Positions 18,794 to 29,448 of a stretch of DNA of 64,000 nucleotides are shown piece by piece. Source of the DNA: an uncultured Candidatus Saccharibacteria bacterium. GTDB taxonomy: Bacteria; Patescibacteriota; Minisyncoccia; SW-4-49-11. Positions within the stretch are counted from its first letter, which is position 1; each line of letters starts with the position of its first letter. The notes under the pieces were generated by a model. It was not told the origin of the DNA, searched no databases, and worked only from the letters and a program-made list of their open reading frames with translations. The DNA is taken from positions 6,453 through 70,452 of the forward strand of contig CAZWIJ010000005.1 in NCBI GenBank assembly GCA_964633865.1. The letters are read 5' to 3'. A program made the position numbers and the translations under genes.

Positions 18794-19696
18794 TTAACTA
18801 TATTGAATATAACTTTGATTAATAATTTTTACTACATATTCTAAATCTTCTATTGAATTTAAAATCAACTCTGTTTCTCCTATTCCATAAGAATCTGTAG
18901 TCTGATTTACCTGACACATATTTTTTGGGTCCTTAATTTGTTTAATATCTAAATTTATATGCACAACTATTCCATAAGTAGTTAGTTTAATTTGAGCAAT
19001 ATTTCTATTTGTTCTATAAAGTATGTACTCTTTTCTCGATATCTCTTCTATAGAATTTTCATTTGACAAAGACAGTATTGAAGATCTTAATTTCTGGAAA
19101 AGATCTACTATAACTGAGTCATATCCCTCAATATGTTTGTTTAGTGGATAAATATTATAAGGAACTTTAGTAAATTTACTTTTAGTATTATCTTCATTCT
19201 GAGCTTGGGAACTAGTAACTCTTGTAAATGAAATTATACTCCCTTCCTCGTAAAAATTATAAGACCATAATTCAATATTTTCTGACATTCTACTTATCGC
19301 ATAAAGATCATAATTACTAAAATTCTGAACAATCAATACCAATCTAGGTGTCCCAAAATTTATATTTAAATCAGTACCTAGCTTTTTCTTTGATAAAAGT
19401 CTAAATTCTTCTTGATTATCAACTAACCAATCTAAATAATATAGACCTTGATTCATAGTAACTGAGTCATCTCCACACTTATATTCTATAATAACTGGAC
19501 TACCATTTTCATCAATTCCTAAAGTATCAATTCTACCTCCCTGCTGAATTGAAGTAGAATAATCTGATTCTATAAAAACAATTCCTAATAATTCTTCCAA
19601 ATTGTTTTCCACGAAGCTTTGTAATCTCTTCTCATCTGAAAAATTACTTTTTTTTAGTTGCTTAGCTATTTCATTTTGTACTGTAAATATAGGCAT
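18794..19696 (-). CDS. NucS/DUF91-like PD-(D/E)XK endonuclease with DUF5655-like C-terminal domain
   Basis: EKRLQSFVENNL, GRIDTLGIDENGSPVIIEYK, NQGLYYLDWL. Confidence 0.75.
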   Translation of the reverse strand: MPIFTVQNEIAKQLKKSNFSDEKRLQSFVENNLEELLGIVFIESDYSTSIQQGGRIDTLGIDENGSPVIIEYKCGDDSVTMNQGLYYLDWLVDNQEEFRLLSKKKLGTDLNINFGTPRLVLIVQNFSNYDLYAISRMSENIELWSYNFYEEGSIISFTRVTSSQAQNEDNTKSKFTKVPYNIYPLNKHIEGYDSVIVDLFQKLRSSILSLSNENSIEEISRKEYILYRTNRNIAQIKLTTYGIVVHINLDIKQIKDPKNMCQVNQTTDSYGIGETELILNSIEDLEYVVKIINQSYIQYS

Positions 19697-19776
19697 ATCT
19701 TATCATTCGGTTATTTATTCTTACTTATTTATATAATACCTGAATATAAGAATTAAGTAAATATTTTTTTTAGATT

Positions 19777-20799
19777 TTAAAGTATATTACAAATTTGAAC
19801 CACATGTTTCATTAGCATAGATGTATAACTCCATTCATTATCATACCAAGCCATAACTTTTACCATATCTCTATCAACAACTTGAGTTAAATCTAGTGAA
19901 ACCAAAGAACCATATTCCATACCTAAGACATCACTTGAGACAATTTGATCTCTAGTTACCCCCAATATACCATGCCATCTAGAATTTTCAGCGGCTTCAG
20001 TTAATATCTGATTAATTTCTTCTACATTTGTATCTCTCCCAACTATCATAGTTAAATCAATTAAAGAACCTGAAATCACTGGAACTCTAATTGCGACACC
20101 ATCAAAAACAGAACCTAGCTCAGGAATTACTTGGGCAACAGCTTTAGCAGCTCCAGTACTAGAAGGGATTATATTTTGAGCTGCTGCTCTTCCTCTTCTT
20201 AAATCTTTTGTTGCCATACCATCTACTAATGATTGTGTTGAAGTATAAGCATGAACAGTTGATAACATTGCTTTCTTAATCCCTAATGTCTCATGAATAA
20301 CAGCTACTACCGGATTAGTTGCATTTGTAGTACAAGATGCATTAGAAGTAATATTATTATTCATTAAAATTTCTTCTCTCAATCCAGGTGTTGTTGTTGG
20401 AGTATCATCTTTTGCAGGGGCTGACATAACTACTCTTTTTGCTCCTGCATCTATATGAGCCTGAGCTGACTCTTTTGTTATAAAAAGTCCTGTTGATTCA
20501 ACAACAACATCTATAGCTAATTCTCCCCAAGGAAGATTTTTAGGGTCTCTTTCACAACATACCAATATTTCTCTATCCCCAACTCTCAAATAATTTTTAT
20601 CTTCTTTAACAAAAAATTCTACTTTTTTATCCAATCTTCCATAAACGGTATCGTACTTTAAAAGATATGCTAAATTTTCTAAATCTCCTAAATCATTTAT
20701 TGCAATTACTTCTAAATTATTTTTATAATTTTCTTGTAAAGATAATCTAAAAAAATCTCTACCTATTCTTCCAAATCCATTAATTGCTATTTTCTTCAT
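19777..20799 (-). CDS. gap: Glyceraldehyde-3-phosphate dehydrogenase, type I
   Basis: AINGFGRIGR, SNASCTTN, AWYDNEW. Confidence 0.97.
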   Translation of the reverse strand: MKKIAINGFGRIGRDFFRLSLQENYKNNLEVIAINDLGDLENLAYLLKYDTVYGRLDKKVEFFVKEDKNYLRVGDREILVCCERDPKNLPWGELAIDVVVESTGLFITKESAQAHIDAGAKRVVMSAPAKDDTPTTTPGLREEILMNNNITSNASCTTNATNPVVAVIHETLGIKKAMLSTVHAYTSTQSLVDGMATKDLRRGRAAAQNIIPSSTGAAKAVAQVIPELGSVFDGVAIRVPVISGSLIDLTMIVGRDTNVEEINQILTEAAENSRWHGILGVTRDQIVSSDVLGMEYGSLVSLDLTQVVDRDMVKVMAWYDNEWSYTSMLMKHVVQICNIL

Positions 20800-20824
20800 A
20801 TATCAATTTATTAACCTAATATTA

Positions 20825-22660
20825 TTAATTTATATTATCTCCTTTTGGAATAGAATTTATAATATCCAAACTTGGATATTCAACTCTGTTCCAATTTAAC
20901 CCTAATCCTAAATAACTTTGAGGTGAAGAAAATGGTCTTTTCTTACCGTTTTCAACATAATAGACAGTAGTTTGGTCTGCTAAAATAGTACCCTCTCTTA
21001 TAGATACTTCCTCTCCATAAGGAAAAGAGTCTATCTTTGATTTATCCACTTTGACTAAGTCTTTCCAATTATACTGAGTTAAAAAGATATAAGGATTTGT
21101 TACTGGTCTCTTTTTACCACTATCTATTAAGAATGCTCCTGTTCCATCAGAATAAGCTAAAGTTCCATTTAAAACTTGATCTGATGATACAAGTAAATCT
21201 CCATTAGGATATGAATTAATTATATCATCAGGTATTCTCCAGATATTACTCCATTGATATCCCATACCTAAAAATACCTGAGGTGATGTAATTGGTCTTT
21301 TCAAACCATTTTCAACAACATACACAGTATTTGCATCAGATATAAGAGTTCCATCTTTAAGTTTTAATTCTGGACCTGATGGTATCTGATTAAAATTATC
21401 CTCTGCAACTAAAACTATATTTTCCCATTTAAAATTATGTGATAAAAATATTTCTGGAGATACAATTGGCATTTTAAATCCATTTTTCACTAAATGAACT
21501 CCTGTATTATTTGTTCTTATTAGCATTCCATTTGGATAATTTCTATTTTTAACAGCATTAGACATCTTTATTCTACCTGAATCATTATAAATATTTATTA
21601 AATTAATCGATTCTCTAGGTGTTAAATTCCCATAATAATCTCTCCAGTATGAAAGTGCTCCTGTAACTATTCCTGCTGACATAGAAGTACCAGATCTATA
21701 TTCTAGCTGATTATTGTTATTTGATCCTAAAATTAATTCTCCCGGAGATAGTATATCTTGTCCTTCTCCATAATTTGAAAAATTTGATCTATTTCCAACA
21801 GAATTATGAGATCCAACTCCTATAACCCAATTATTATCCCCATCATTATTAGCAGGAGAAACTTTTGTAGAATTTAAATTTTTAGATTCATTTCCAGTTG
21901 CAACAACTACAACAATACCTCTAGAGTTAGCTTCTTTTATAACTGGATTTAAAATATCAGTATAGCTAGTTACTAAACTAAGGTTTATAATATTAACATT
22001 TTGGTCAATAGCATACTGAATTCCTTTTATTAAATCAGATAATAAACCTGTTCCATTTGATGATAAAACCTTAACTGGAACCATCTCTACTTTATCATTA
22101 ATACCTGCAATACCAATACCATTATCTGATTCAGAAGCTATTATACTAGCTATAAATGTACCATGTCCATTATCATCATTTGCATTCTGACTACCATCTA
22201 TAATGTTTTTTGGATTTATTAATTTACCAGATAAGTCAGGTATATTACTAACTCCTGTGTCTATAACAGCTATTCTTGTTTTATTAGAATTTTTATTTTT
22301 AGGAGAATCTTTATAACCTATATCAATATTAGATGCACCTACAACATTATTTATATTCTGACCTGTATTTTCCAAATACCATTGATAATTATAATCTGGA
22401 TCATTAGATGCCAATTTCACAGTTTGATTTGAAATAATATCTTCTACACATTCATTATTAACAATATTATTTTTTTGACTAGAACTTATCTCTGACAAAG
22501 TATCAGTTAGCTCATCACCATATAATTTATTATTATCTGCTATTTTTACACAATCTTCTTTCCATTGTACTATATAATTATTATTTTCAGCATTTGTTGT
22601 TATACTTATTGACAAAAAACAAATCATTGTAAGTAGACTGATTTTTTTCAAATTATTCAT
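20825..22660 (-). CDS. Secreted S8 subtilisin-like peptidase with four C-terminal repeats
   Basis: Signal peptide; IAVIDTG, HGTFIA, GTSMSA triad; repeats 'GTLI...VY.VENG.KRP..SP..FL..G..W'. Confidence 0.9.
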   Translation of the reverse strand: MNNLKKISLLTMICFLSISITTNAENNNYIVQWKEDCVKIADNNKLYGDELTDTLSEISSSQKNNIVNNECVEDIISNQTVKLASNDPDYNYQWYLENTGQNINNVVGASNIDIGYKDSPKNKNSNKTRIAVIDTGVSNIPDLSGKLINPKNIIDGSQNANDDNGHGTFIASIIASESDNGIGIAGINDKVEMVPVKVLSSNGTGLLSDLIKGIQYAIDQNVNIINLSLVTSYTDILNPVIKEANSRGIVVVVATGNESKNLNSTKVSPANNDGDNNWVIGVGSHNSVGNRSNFSNYGEGQDILSPGELILGSNNNNQLEYRSGTSMSAGIVTGALSYWRDYYGNLTPRESINLINIYNDSGRIKMSNAVKNRNYPNGMLIRTNNTGVHLVKNGFKMPIVSPEIFLSHNFKWENIVLVAEDNFNQIPSGPELKLKDGTLISDANTVYVVENGLKRPITSPQVFLGMGYQWSNIWRIPDDIINSYPNGDLLVSSDQVLNGTLAYSDGTGAFLIDSGKKRPVTNPYIFLTQYNWKDLVKVDKSKIDSFPYGEEVSIREGTILADQTTVYYVENGKKRPFSSPQSYLGLGLNWNRVEYPSLDIINSIPKGDNIN

Positions 22661-22859
22661 CTTGTTGAAATTGTTTATTTATAATATGAACTTTATTCTC
22701 TATTTCATTTAATTTTTCTTTACAAATTTGAGATAGAAAGGATGCTCTTTCAAACTTATCTATACTATTTTCCAAATCTAAATCTTCTTCATCAAAAGAA
22801 TTTGCTATTTCTTCTAATTCTTTGAATGCTTTTTTAAATGTTAATTTATCTTTACTCAT
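22653..22859 (-). CDS. xseB: Exodeoxyribonuclease VII small subunit
   Basis: FKKAFKELEEIA...LDLENSIDKFE...CKEKLNEIE. Confidence 0.85.
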   Translation of the reverse strand: MSKDKLTFKKAFKELEEIANSFDEEDLDLENSIDKFERASFLSQICKEKLNEIENKVHIINKQFQQDE

Positions 22860-22983
22860 TTTAAATCTTATTTTTATAACTGCTTACTTATTAATAGTAT
22901 CTTATTTTCATTAGTTTTGCAAGAAATATTTTAAATAAAAAAGTCTGTACTTTATTTAAAACAAGTAACAGACTTTTTATTTG

Positions 22984-23057
22984 TGCGCATGCCAAGACTC
23001 GAACTTGGGACCTCTACATTATCAGTGTAGCGCTCTAACCAGCTGAGCTACACGCGC
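22984..23057 (-). tRNA. tRNA-Ile(GAT)
   Basis: Cloverleaf GCGCGTG...CTACA-CTGATAA-TGTAG...GTTCGAGT...CATGCGCA; CCA not encoded. Confidence 0.95.
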
Positions 23058-23230
23058 ATTTATTCAAATACAATATAATTTTATCATATTATATTTTTTT
23101 TGCAAGAAAATATATTGATAATCTATTATATATGTCCTTGGTAATTATGAAAATTATATTTATTGATATTTCACTACCTTTATGCTATTCTATAGTTAGT
23201 TCTTTAATATTTTGGAGAAAACCTTAATTA

Positions 23231-23536
23231 ATGGAAAATTTTAATATTTCCGACTATGTTACATTTGCTGGTATATTAGGGATAGCTGGTCTTATTTTTA
23301 CTCAGCTAAATCGAGTAGAGACCAATTTCAAATATGATTTGAATGAACTTAAGTCTGAATTAAAATCTAATATAAGTGAACTTAAATCTGAATTCAAATC
23401 GGACTTAAATGAAATAAAATTCAATTTAAATGAATTAAAAGAAGATGTGAAACAACTGCAAATATCTAATGCTGAAAAAGTAGGAATTGAAAAAGGTTAT
23501 GAAAAAGCTAAAATTGAAATGGCTGCATCCAAATAA
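23231..23536 (+). CDS. Small membrane-anchored coiled-coil protein (Bdr/DUF1640-like repeats)
   Basis: One TM segment, then DLNELKSELKS/NISELKSEFKS/DLNEIK repeats. Confidence 0.6.
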   Translation: MENFNISDYVTFAGILGIAGLIFTQLNRVETNFKYDLNELKSELKSNISELKSEFKSDLNEIKFNLNELKEDVKQLQISNAEKVGIEKGYEKAKIEMAASK

Positions 23537-23570
23537 TCTTTCTTGTTCATATTCTAATAATTAAACACTT

Positions 23571-23600
23571 ATAGCACTTATATTCTAAGTGCTATTTTTT
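23571..23600 (+). terminator. Intrinsic terminator between convergent genes
   Basis: ATAGCACTTA-TATTC-TAAGTGCTAT followed by T-run. Confidence 0.75.
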
Positions 23601-23660
23601 ATGTTTGTCTAATCAACAAACATAACTATTTTAATAAAGAAAAAATCTACAAAGTAAACC

Positions 23661-24905
23661 TTATCTTAACTTATTTCTTATAAAAGCAGGTATATCCATA
23701 TCTTCTTCAGATTCAACTTCATCTATAAATCTTGTTTTTTTATCTTCTAAATCATTCTTCTTTTTCTCTTCTTCAGCCTTTCTTTCTGCAATAATTTTTT
23801 CAGCTTCTCTAAGTTTTCTTTCTCTCTCAGATTCTAACCTATCCTTAGCTTCTTTTTCTTCCTCTTCTTTAGATTTTTTAAAAATAACTTCTTTATCTTC
23901 TAATTCTTCTTCTCTAAATGCCTTCATTCTCTTTACCTCAAATTCTGCTGGTTGATCAAATCCCGTTGCAATTACAGTTACTTTTATCTCACCATCTTTC
24001 ATAGTATCAGACACAACAGCTCCGAATATAACTTTAGCATCAATATCAATAGATTCTGTAATTATACTAGCGGCATCATTAATCTCAGACATAGATAAGT
24101 CCTTACCCCCTGTTATATTAAATAATACTCCTTTTGCTCCTTGAATAGAAACATCTAGTAAGGGACTATTTATTGCCATTTTTGCCGCGTTAACTGCTCT
24201 ATCTTCTCCAGTAGCTGAACCAATTCCCATCAAAGCTGATCCTGCATTTCTCATAATTGCACTTACATCAGCAAAATCAACATTGATAAGTCCCGGAACA
24301 GTAATCAAATCAGAGATTCCTTGAACTCCTTGTCTCAAAACATCATCAATCAAAGAAAATGCTTCTGTAACTGGAGTATTTCGATCTATTATATTTAAAA
24401 TTTTATCATTTGGTATAGTGATAATTGTGTCTACATTCTTTTTTAATTCTTCAAAAGCTTGTTCTGCAATTTTTTTTCTTTGCATTCCTTCAAACATAAA
24501 AGGCTTTGTCACAACAGCAACAGTCAAAGCTCCACTTTCTCTTGCAGCTTGAGCTATAACTGGAGATGCTCCAGAACCAGTACCTCCACCAAGTCCACAA
24601 GTAATAAATACCATATGAGATCCTGTCACAGCCTGATATACTTCTTCCTTACTCTCTTCAGCTGATTTTTTACCAATATCTGGGTTCATTCCTGCTCCCA
24701 AACCTTTGGTAAGATTTTTTCCTAAATGAACTTTTAATTCTGCTTGTGAATGATGTAGATCTTGAGCATCTGTATTAACAGCAACAAAGTCTACACCTTG
24801 TATTCCTGTGTCTATCATTCTTTTTAAAGCATTTCCACCGGACCCCCCTACTCCGATAACTTTGATTTTTGCAAATGCTTCTATATCTGGATTAACTCTT
24901 GGCAT
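23661..24905 (-). CDS. ftsZ: Cell division protein FtsZ
   Basis: IKVIGVGGSGGNA, GGGTGSG, INVDFADV, C-terminal DIPAFIR. Confidence 0.98.
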   Translation of the reverse strand: MPRVNPDIEAFAKIKVIGVGGSGGNALKRMIDTGIQGVDFVAVNTDAQDLHHSQAELKVHLGKNLTKGLGAGMNPDIGKKSAEESKEEVYQAVTGSHMVFITCGLGGGTGSGASPVIAQAARESGALTVAVVTKPFMFEGMQRKKIAEQAFEELKKNVDTIITIPNDKILNIIDRNTPVTEAFSLIDDVLRQGVQGISDLITVPGLINVDFADVSAIMRNAGSALMGIGSATGEDRAVNAAKMAINSPLLDVSIQGAKGVLFNITGGKDLSMSEINDAASIITESIDIDAKVIFGAVVSDTMKDGEIKVTVIATGFDQPAEFEVKRMKAFREEELEDKEVIFKKSKEEEEKEAKDRLESERERKLREAEKIIAERKAEEEKKKNDLEDKKTRFIDEVESEEDMDIPAFIRNKLR

Positions 24906-25121
24906 ATTGGTAATTAATAAATAAACTTCTTTAATATAAGTATATCCTAAATTAGAAAAAAGTCAAAAAATATATATTATCTAAATAACTTATACTTATT
25001 TTTTATCATATCTTTTAAGTTAAATTTTTGATTTTAAGTATTATTATACTTTTTAATCTAAATACAATATATTTACATATTGATTAAAACATTATATAAT
25101 ATTAATATTAGTCATAAGCAT

Positions 25122-25195
25122 GGGAGTATAGCTCAGTTGGCTAGAGCGCATCCTTGACGTGGATGAGGTCACAAGTTCGAGCCTTGTTATTCCCA
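25122..25195 (+). tRNA. tRNA-Val(GAC)
   Basis: GGGAGTA...CATCC-TTGACGT-GGATG...GTTCGAGC...TATTCCCA. Confidence 0.95.
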
Positions 25196-25205
25196 CAAAA
25201 TTATA

Positions 25206-26651
25206 ATGAGATATAATCTTATTCAAACCAGCTTTATATTCCAAATATTCTTTTTAACTGGAATAGGAGTTGGTTCTTTTTATACTTTAGACAATAATAT
25301 CAATTTAATATTATTAATTATTTTAATAATGTTATTTTATTTTTGGAGAAATTTTAAGATATGGATTATATTAGTAAGTTTAATAGCTTTCTTATTAGGA
25401 GGTTATTATATCAATAATCATCTTACAAATTATACCTCTTTACAAAAAATTGTGATGAATGAAAATAAAACAAATTTTCAAGTTACAATAAAATCTTACC
25501 CAAAAAAATTTAATTTAGAATATCAATATAAAGTCCAAATACTAAATACAAAAACTTATATGCATATAAAACTCAATAATGGAGATTTTAAAATTGGGGA
25601 TATCTTAGATATAAAAGGTAAGATTGGAAAATTACCAAAGGAATCTACAAGAAAGTATCTTATTTCAAAAAATGTGCATAACTACTTCCAAATTGAATCT
25701 TATACAAAAGTAGCTTCCCAATGTAATTTAAATTGCCAGTTTATTAATCATATTTATGAATTTAAATCTAGAATTTTAAATATGTTAGATTTTGCTTACC
25801 CTGGTAAAGTGGGAGAATTTCTAAAAGGTATTTTAATTGGATATACCGATACTTTACCTGATAATATAAAAGATGAATTTAAAAAAACTGGAATATCACA
25901 TATTTTAGCTGTTTCTGGATATAATGTGTCTTTAATTGTAATTTTTGTTTATCAATTTCTACAAGATAGACAAATTCATAGAAATAAATCACTCCCAATA
26001 ACACTATTAATTATTTTAATTTTTACAATTCTAACTGGAGCGGAAGCATCTATTATAAGAGCGAGTGTTTTTGCTAGCATAATTCTAATAGCAGAATATA
26101 CTCAGAGATATGTCGGAGGGTTAAGACCCTTAATACTAACCGCCTTTCTTATGAATATCTTTTTCCCTGTTTATATAATATTTGATATTGGATTTCAATT
26201 ATCTTTTCTAGCTGTTATTGGGTTATTATTCTATTCAAACTTATTTACAACATTCTCTCAAGGACTTCCTTCACTAACTCTCAAAAATCTAATTGGAGAA
26301 ACTATTGCAGCTCAAATTATGGTATTACCTATATTAATTTATCATTTTCAAGAGATATCATTAATTTCCATAGTAGCAAATGCTTTTATTGTCCCTTTCA
26401 TACCTTTTTTTATGTTATATGGTTCAATTAGTAGTATCGTATATTCATTAATTTTTACAACCAAAATTATTACTTATCCTTTAGAAATATTAATTGAATT
26501 AATATTATGGTTAAATGCACAATTAGCAACTCTTCCCTATTCTACAATTACAGTACCTAAACCAAATATTTTATATCTTATAATTATATACTTTATTTTA
26601 TATTATATTGGATATATAATAAGAAAGATAAATAAATCTAAACTTACATGA
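25206..26651 (+). CDS. comEC: ComEC/Rec2 competence protein, membrane (Competence) domain
   Basis: FKKTGISHILAVSGYNV, GAEASIIRA, DIGFQLSFLA. Confidence 0.9.
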   Translation: MRYNLIQTSFIFQIFFLTGIGVGSFYTLDNNINLILLIILIMLFYFWRNFKIWIILVSLIAFLLGGYYINNHLTNYTSLQKIVMNENKTNFQVTIKSYPKKFNLEYQYKVQILNTKTYMHIKLNNGDFKIGDILDIKGKIGKLPKESTRKYLISKNVHNYFQIESYTKVASQCNLNCQFINHIYEFKSRILNMLDFAYPGKVGEFLKGILIGYTDTLPDNIKDEFKKTGISHILAVSGYNVSLIVIFVYQFLQDRQIHRNKSLPITLLIILIFTILTGAEASIIRASVFASIILIAEYTQRYVGGLRPLILTAFLMNIFFPVYIIFDIGFQLSFLAVIGLLFYSNLFTTFSQGLPSLTLKNLIGETIAAQIMVLPILIYHFQEISLISIVANAFIVPFIPFFMLYGSISSIVYSLIFTTKIITYPLEILIELILWLNAQLATLPYSTITVPKPNILYLIIIYFILYYIGYIIRKINKSKLT

Positions 26652-27466
26652 AAAAAATAATTTATCTTAATATATTATTATTTATAATTACATTTGGCTT
26701 ATTATTAGATAATAAAATTAATTATTCATCTACAATATCTTTTTTAAATATAGGACAAGGAGATTCTACACTTTTACAATCTAATTTAGGAGAACAAATA
26801 TTGATAGACTGTGGGCCACCCAATGGACCGATTTTAGATAGATTACAAACTAAATTAGGATATTTTGATAATAAAATTGATATTCTAATAATAACCCATG
26901 GAGATAATGACCATTACGGAGGTTGTAAAAAAGTACTTGATAATTATAATGTATCAAAAATTATGATTAATGGTATAATAGACACTCAAAACCAAGACTA
27001 TACTAATTTTATAAATGAAATAAAGAAAACAGAATCAGTTATTCCGGCTTTTACCAATACATTTATTACATTTAATGAATATGAAATTCAAATATTAAAC
27101 CCTGATCATACTTATTGGGGAGAAGAAGTTAAAGATGATAATGAACACTCTATAGTAATGAATATAAAATCTCCTTCAAAACAAATTTTATTAACTGGAG
27201 ATATACCATCATTTAAGGAACTTAATTTAATGAATCAATATCCCAATCTTAATCCAGATATATTAAAGATCTCTCACCATGGAAGTAAACACTCAACCTC
27301 AAAGTTATTTTTAGAAAAATTAGATCCAAAGCAAGCCATAATCTCAGCTGGAGAAAAAAACTCATTTAACCACCCTGATCCAAGTGTGATTGATAATTTA
27401 AATGAAAAAAATATTGAAATCTTAGAAACAAAAAATTATAATAATAGTATTGACATAACTTTGTAA
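26648..27466 (+). CDS. ComEC-type metallo-beta-lactamase-fold nuclease, encoded as a separate ORF
   Basis: FLNIGQGDSTL, ITHGDNDHYGG, LLTGD, LKISHHGS, HPDP. Confidence 0.9.
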   Translation: MKKIIYLNILLFIITFGLLLDNKINYSSTISFLNIGQGDSTLLQSNLGEQILIDCGPPNGPILDRLQTKLGYFDNKIDILIITHGDNDHYGGCKKVLDNYNVSKIMINGIIDTQNQDYTNFINEIKKTESVIPAFTNTFITFNEYEIQILNPDHTYWGEEVKDDNEHSIVMNIKSPSKQILLTGDIPSFKELNLMNQYPNLNPDILKISHHGSKHSTSKLFLEKLDPKQAIISAGEKNSFNHPDPSVIDNLNEKNIEILETKNYNNSIDITL

Positions 27467-27485
27467 ATAATTTCAATATAATCTA

Positions 27486-27514
27486 TTGACAAAACCTAAA
27501 AAATGTTATACAAT
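27486..27514 (+). promoter_or_regulatory. Sigma70-type promoter
   Basis: TTGACA-17 bp-TACAAT. Confidence 0.7.
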
Positions 27515-27549
27515 ACTAATAATTAACTATTAACTTATTTTTAATTTAT

Positions 27550-28380
27550 ATGACAGATAAAGAAATCAACCCAAATTTACTTACAGACACTAGAATTTAT
27601 AAAGAATTATATAAGTTAGGATTATCCAAAAAAGAAGCTGCTGTTTATGTAGCTTCACTACAATTAGGTACATCCACTATTCAAAATATAGCTACTGTGG
27701 CTGCTGTAAATAGAGCTACTACATATGTACTTATAGAAGCACTCGTAAAGAGAGGTTTAATGCACTCTGTAACCTACGGGAAGAAAAGATTTTTTACAGC
27801 TGAAGAACCAGATAAATTAGACTTTTTTATTCATGAAGATAAAGTTAAATTAGAGAAAAAAGAAGCCTTGATCAAAAGTATAATTCCTGAATTAGAAAAA
27901 ATATTTGATATTAATAAACTAGAAAATAAAACTAAAGTTAAGTTTTATGATAATGCTGAAAGAGGACCAGATATTATTTCAACTGATATTTTAAAGACAA
28001 CAGATGGAAATGAACTTTACACTTTCTATAATTATGATCTAATCCCACCTGAACTTAATTTTGATTTTGCAAAAGATTTGGTGAAAAAAAGAATCAGAAG
28101 AGATATAATAACATTTAGTAATTTTGTTTCAGAAAAAGGAAAAAGTGTTTTATCTAAAAATAAAAAATTAATTAAAGATTCTAAATCAGTTGTTAATTTT
28201 ATTGATAATGAAGATTTATTAAAAAACTATAAAATATTTTTAGCATCTATTGGTAAAAAATCTATTATAGTTTCATTAGAAAGTGAGTTTATGGGAATTA
28301 TAATAAATAGTAAGCCGGTCGCTCTAGCAGTAAAAGATCTTATTAATATGATGAATGATATTCAAAAATCTTCTAAATAA
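27550..28380 (+). CDS. TrmB-family transcriptional regulator
   Basis: LGLSKKEAAVYVASLQLG...IA...VNRATTYVLIEALVKRGL...FTAEEP. Confidence 0.85.
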   Translation: MTDKEINPNLLTDTRIYKELYKLGLSKKEAAVYVASLQLGTSTIQNIATVAAVNRATTYVLIEALVKRGLMHSVTYGKKRFFTAEEPDKLDFFIHEDKVKLEKKEALIKSIIPELEKIFDINKLENKTKVKFYDNAERGPDIISTDILKTTDGNELYTFYNYDLIPPELNFDFAKDLVKKRIRRDIITFSNFVSEKGKSVLSKNKKLIKDSKSVVNFIDNEDLLKNYKIFLASIGKKSIIVSLESEFMGIIINSKPVALAVKDLINMMNDIQKSSK

Positions 28381-28404
28381 AATATCTCATCTTAGTTAAA
28401 AAAT

Positions 28405-28448
28405 AATAAAAAATGTAACTTTTATAAATTAGAGTTACATTTTTTATT
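28405..28448. terminator. Bidirectional terminator
   Basis: AAAAAATGTAACT...AGTTACATTTTTT between convergent genes. Confidence 0.7.
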
Positions 28449-28456
28449 TAATACTC

Positions 28457-29440
28457 TTAATATGATGCTCTTTCTAGTTTATCCATTATAGCTTTTCCTA
28501 ATCCAGAACCTCTAAATCTCTCAGCTAATATAATTTCAACATCAGATGAATCAAACTCTAATAATTTATCAAACAAATTATTACTTATTTCTAATAAATT
28601 ATTTATATCCCCTAAATTTTTGATTAAGATATTTTTATCTAAATTTAACTTTTGAATAGTTTGTTGTGAAGCTAATATACCTACTTTATTTTTAAATTTA
28701 TAATAATTTATTTTTGTAATAAAATCTTCTATATTCTCTAAAATAAATAGTTTTGCATTAGGAGCATAATGTTTGTATAACATACCTGGAGATAAAACTT
28801 TATCTGAAGAAATATTAGCTATATAAAATTTTTCTCCTAATACAAATTCTAAATCTAATTTTGTAACCATTCCTAATCTTAGAATATTTGGATTATTTTC
28901 TTGTAAACTTACTACTGTAGATTCTAAACCTATAGTAGTTTTTCCACCTTTTATACAAAAAATTTTATTTGAAAAATACTGATAAACATGATTATGATGA
29001 GTAGAACTTGGTTTACCAGAGGGATTTGCAGATGGAGCCACGATAGGAGTATCTGCAGCATTAATTAAATCTAAAGCTATTTTATTACTTGGCATTCTAA
29101 TTGCGACTAATTCTGATCCCGCAGTTACAATATCTGGCACTAATTTATTTTTCTTAAATAAAATTGTTAGTGGCCCAGGCCAAAAATTTTTAATCAATAA
29201 TTTTTCTTTTTCACCATAAGAGTCTACTAATTGATTTAATTGTTTCAAATTAGATATATGAACAATCAAAGGATTATTTTGTGGTCTTTGTTTAATCTGG
29301 TATATTTTTTTAATTGCTTCCACATTATATACATCTGCACCTATTCCATATACAGTTTCTGTAGGAAATGCTATTATTTCACCATTTTTTATCAATTCAG
29401 AGGCATACTTAACCTGATCTTCAAGATTATTATAATTCAT
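28457..29440 (-). CDS. sua5: Threonylcarbamoyl-AMP synthase (Sua5/TsaC)
   Basis: AFPTETVYGIGA, KQRPQNNPLIVH, FWPGPLT, APSANPSG, SPGMLYKHYAP. Confidence 0.95.
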   Translation of the reverse strand: MNYNNLEDQVKYASELIKNGEIIAFPTETVYGIGADVYNVEAIKKIYQIKQRPQNNPLIVHISNLKQLNQLVDSYGEKEKLLIKNFWPGPLTILFKKNKLVPDIVTAGSELVAIRMPSNKIALDLINAADTPIVAPSANPSGKPSSTHHNHVYQYFSNKIFCIKGGKTTIGLESTVVSLQENNPNILRLGMVTKLDLEFVLGEKFYIANISSDKVLSPGMLYKHYAPNAKLFILENIEDFITKINYYKFKNKVGILASQQTIQKLNLDKNILIKNLGDINNLLEISNNLFDKLLEFDSSDVEIILAERFRGSGLGKAIMDKLERASY

Positions 29441-29448
29441 ATCAAATA

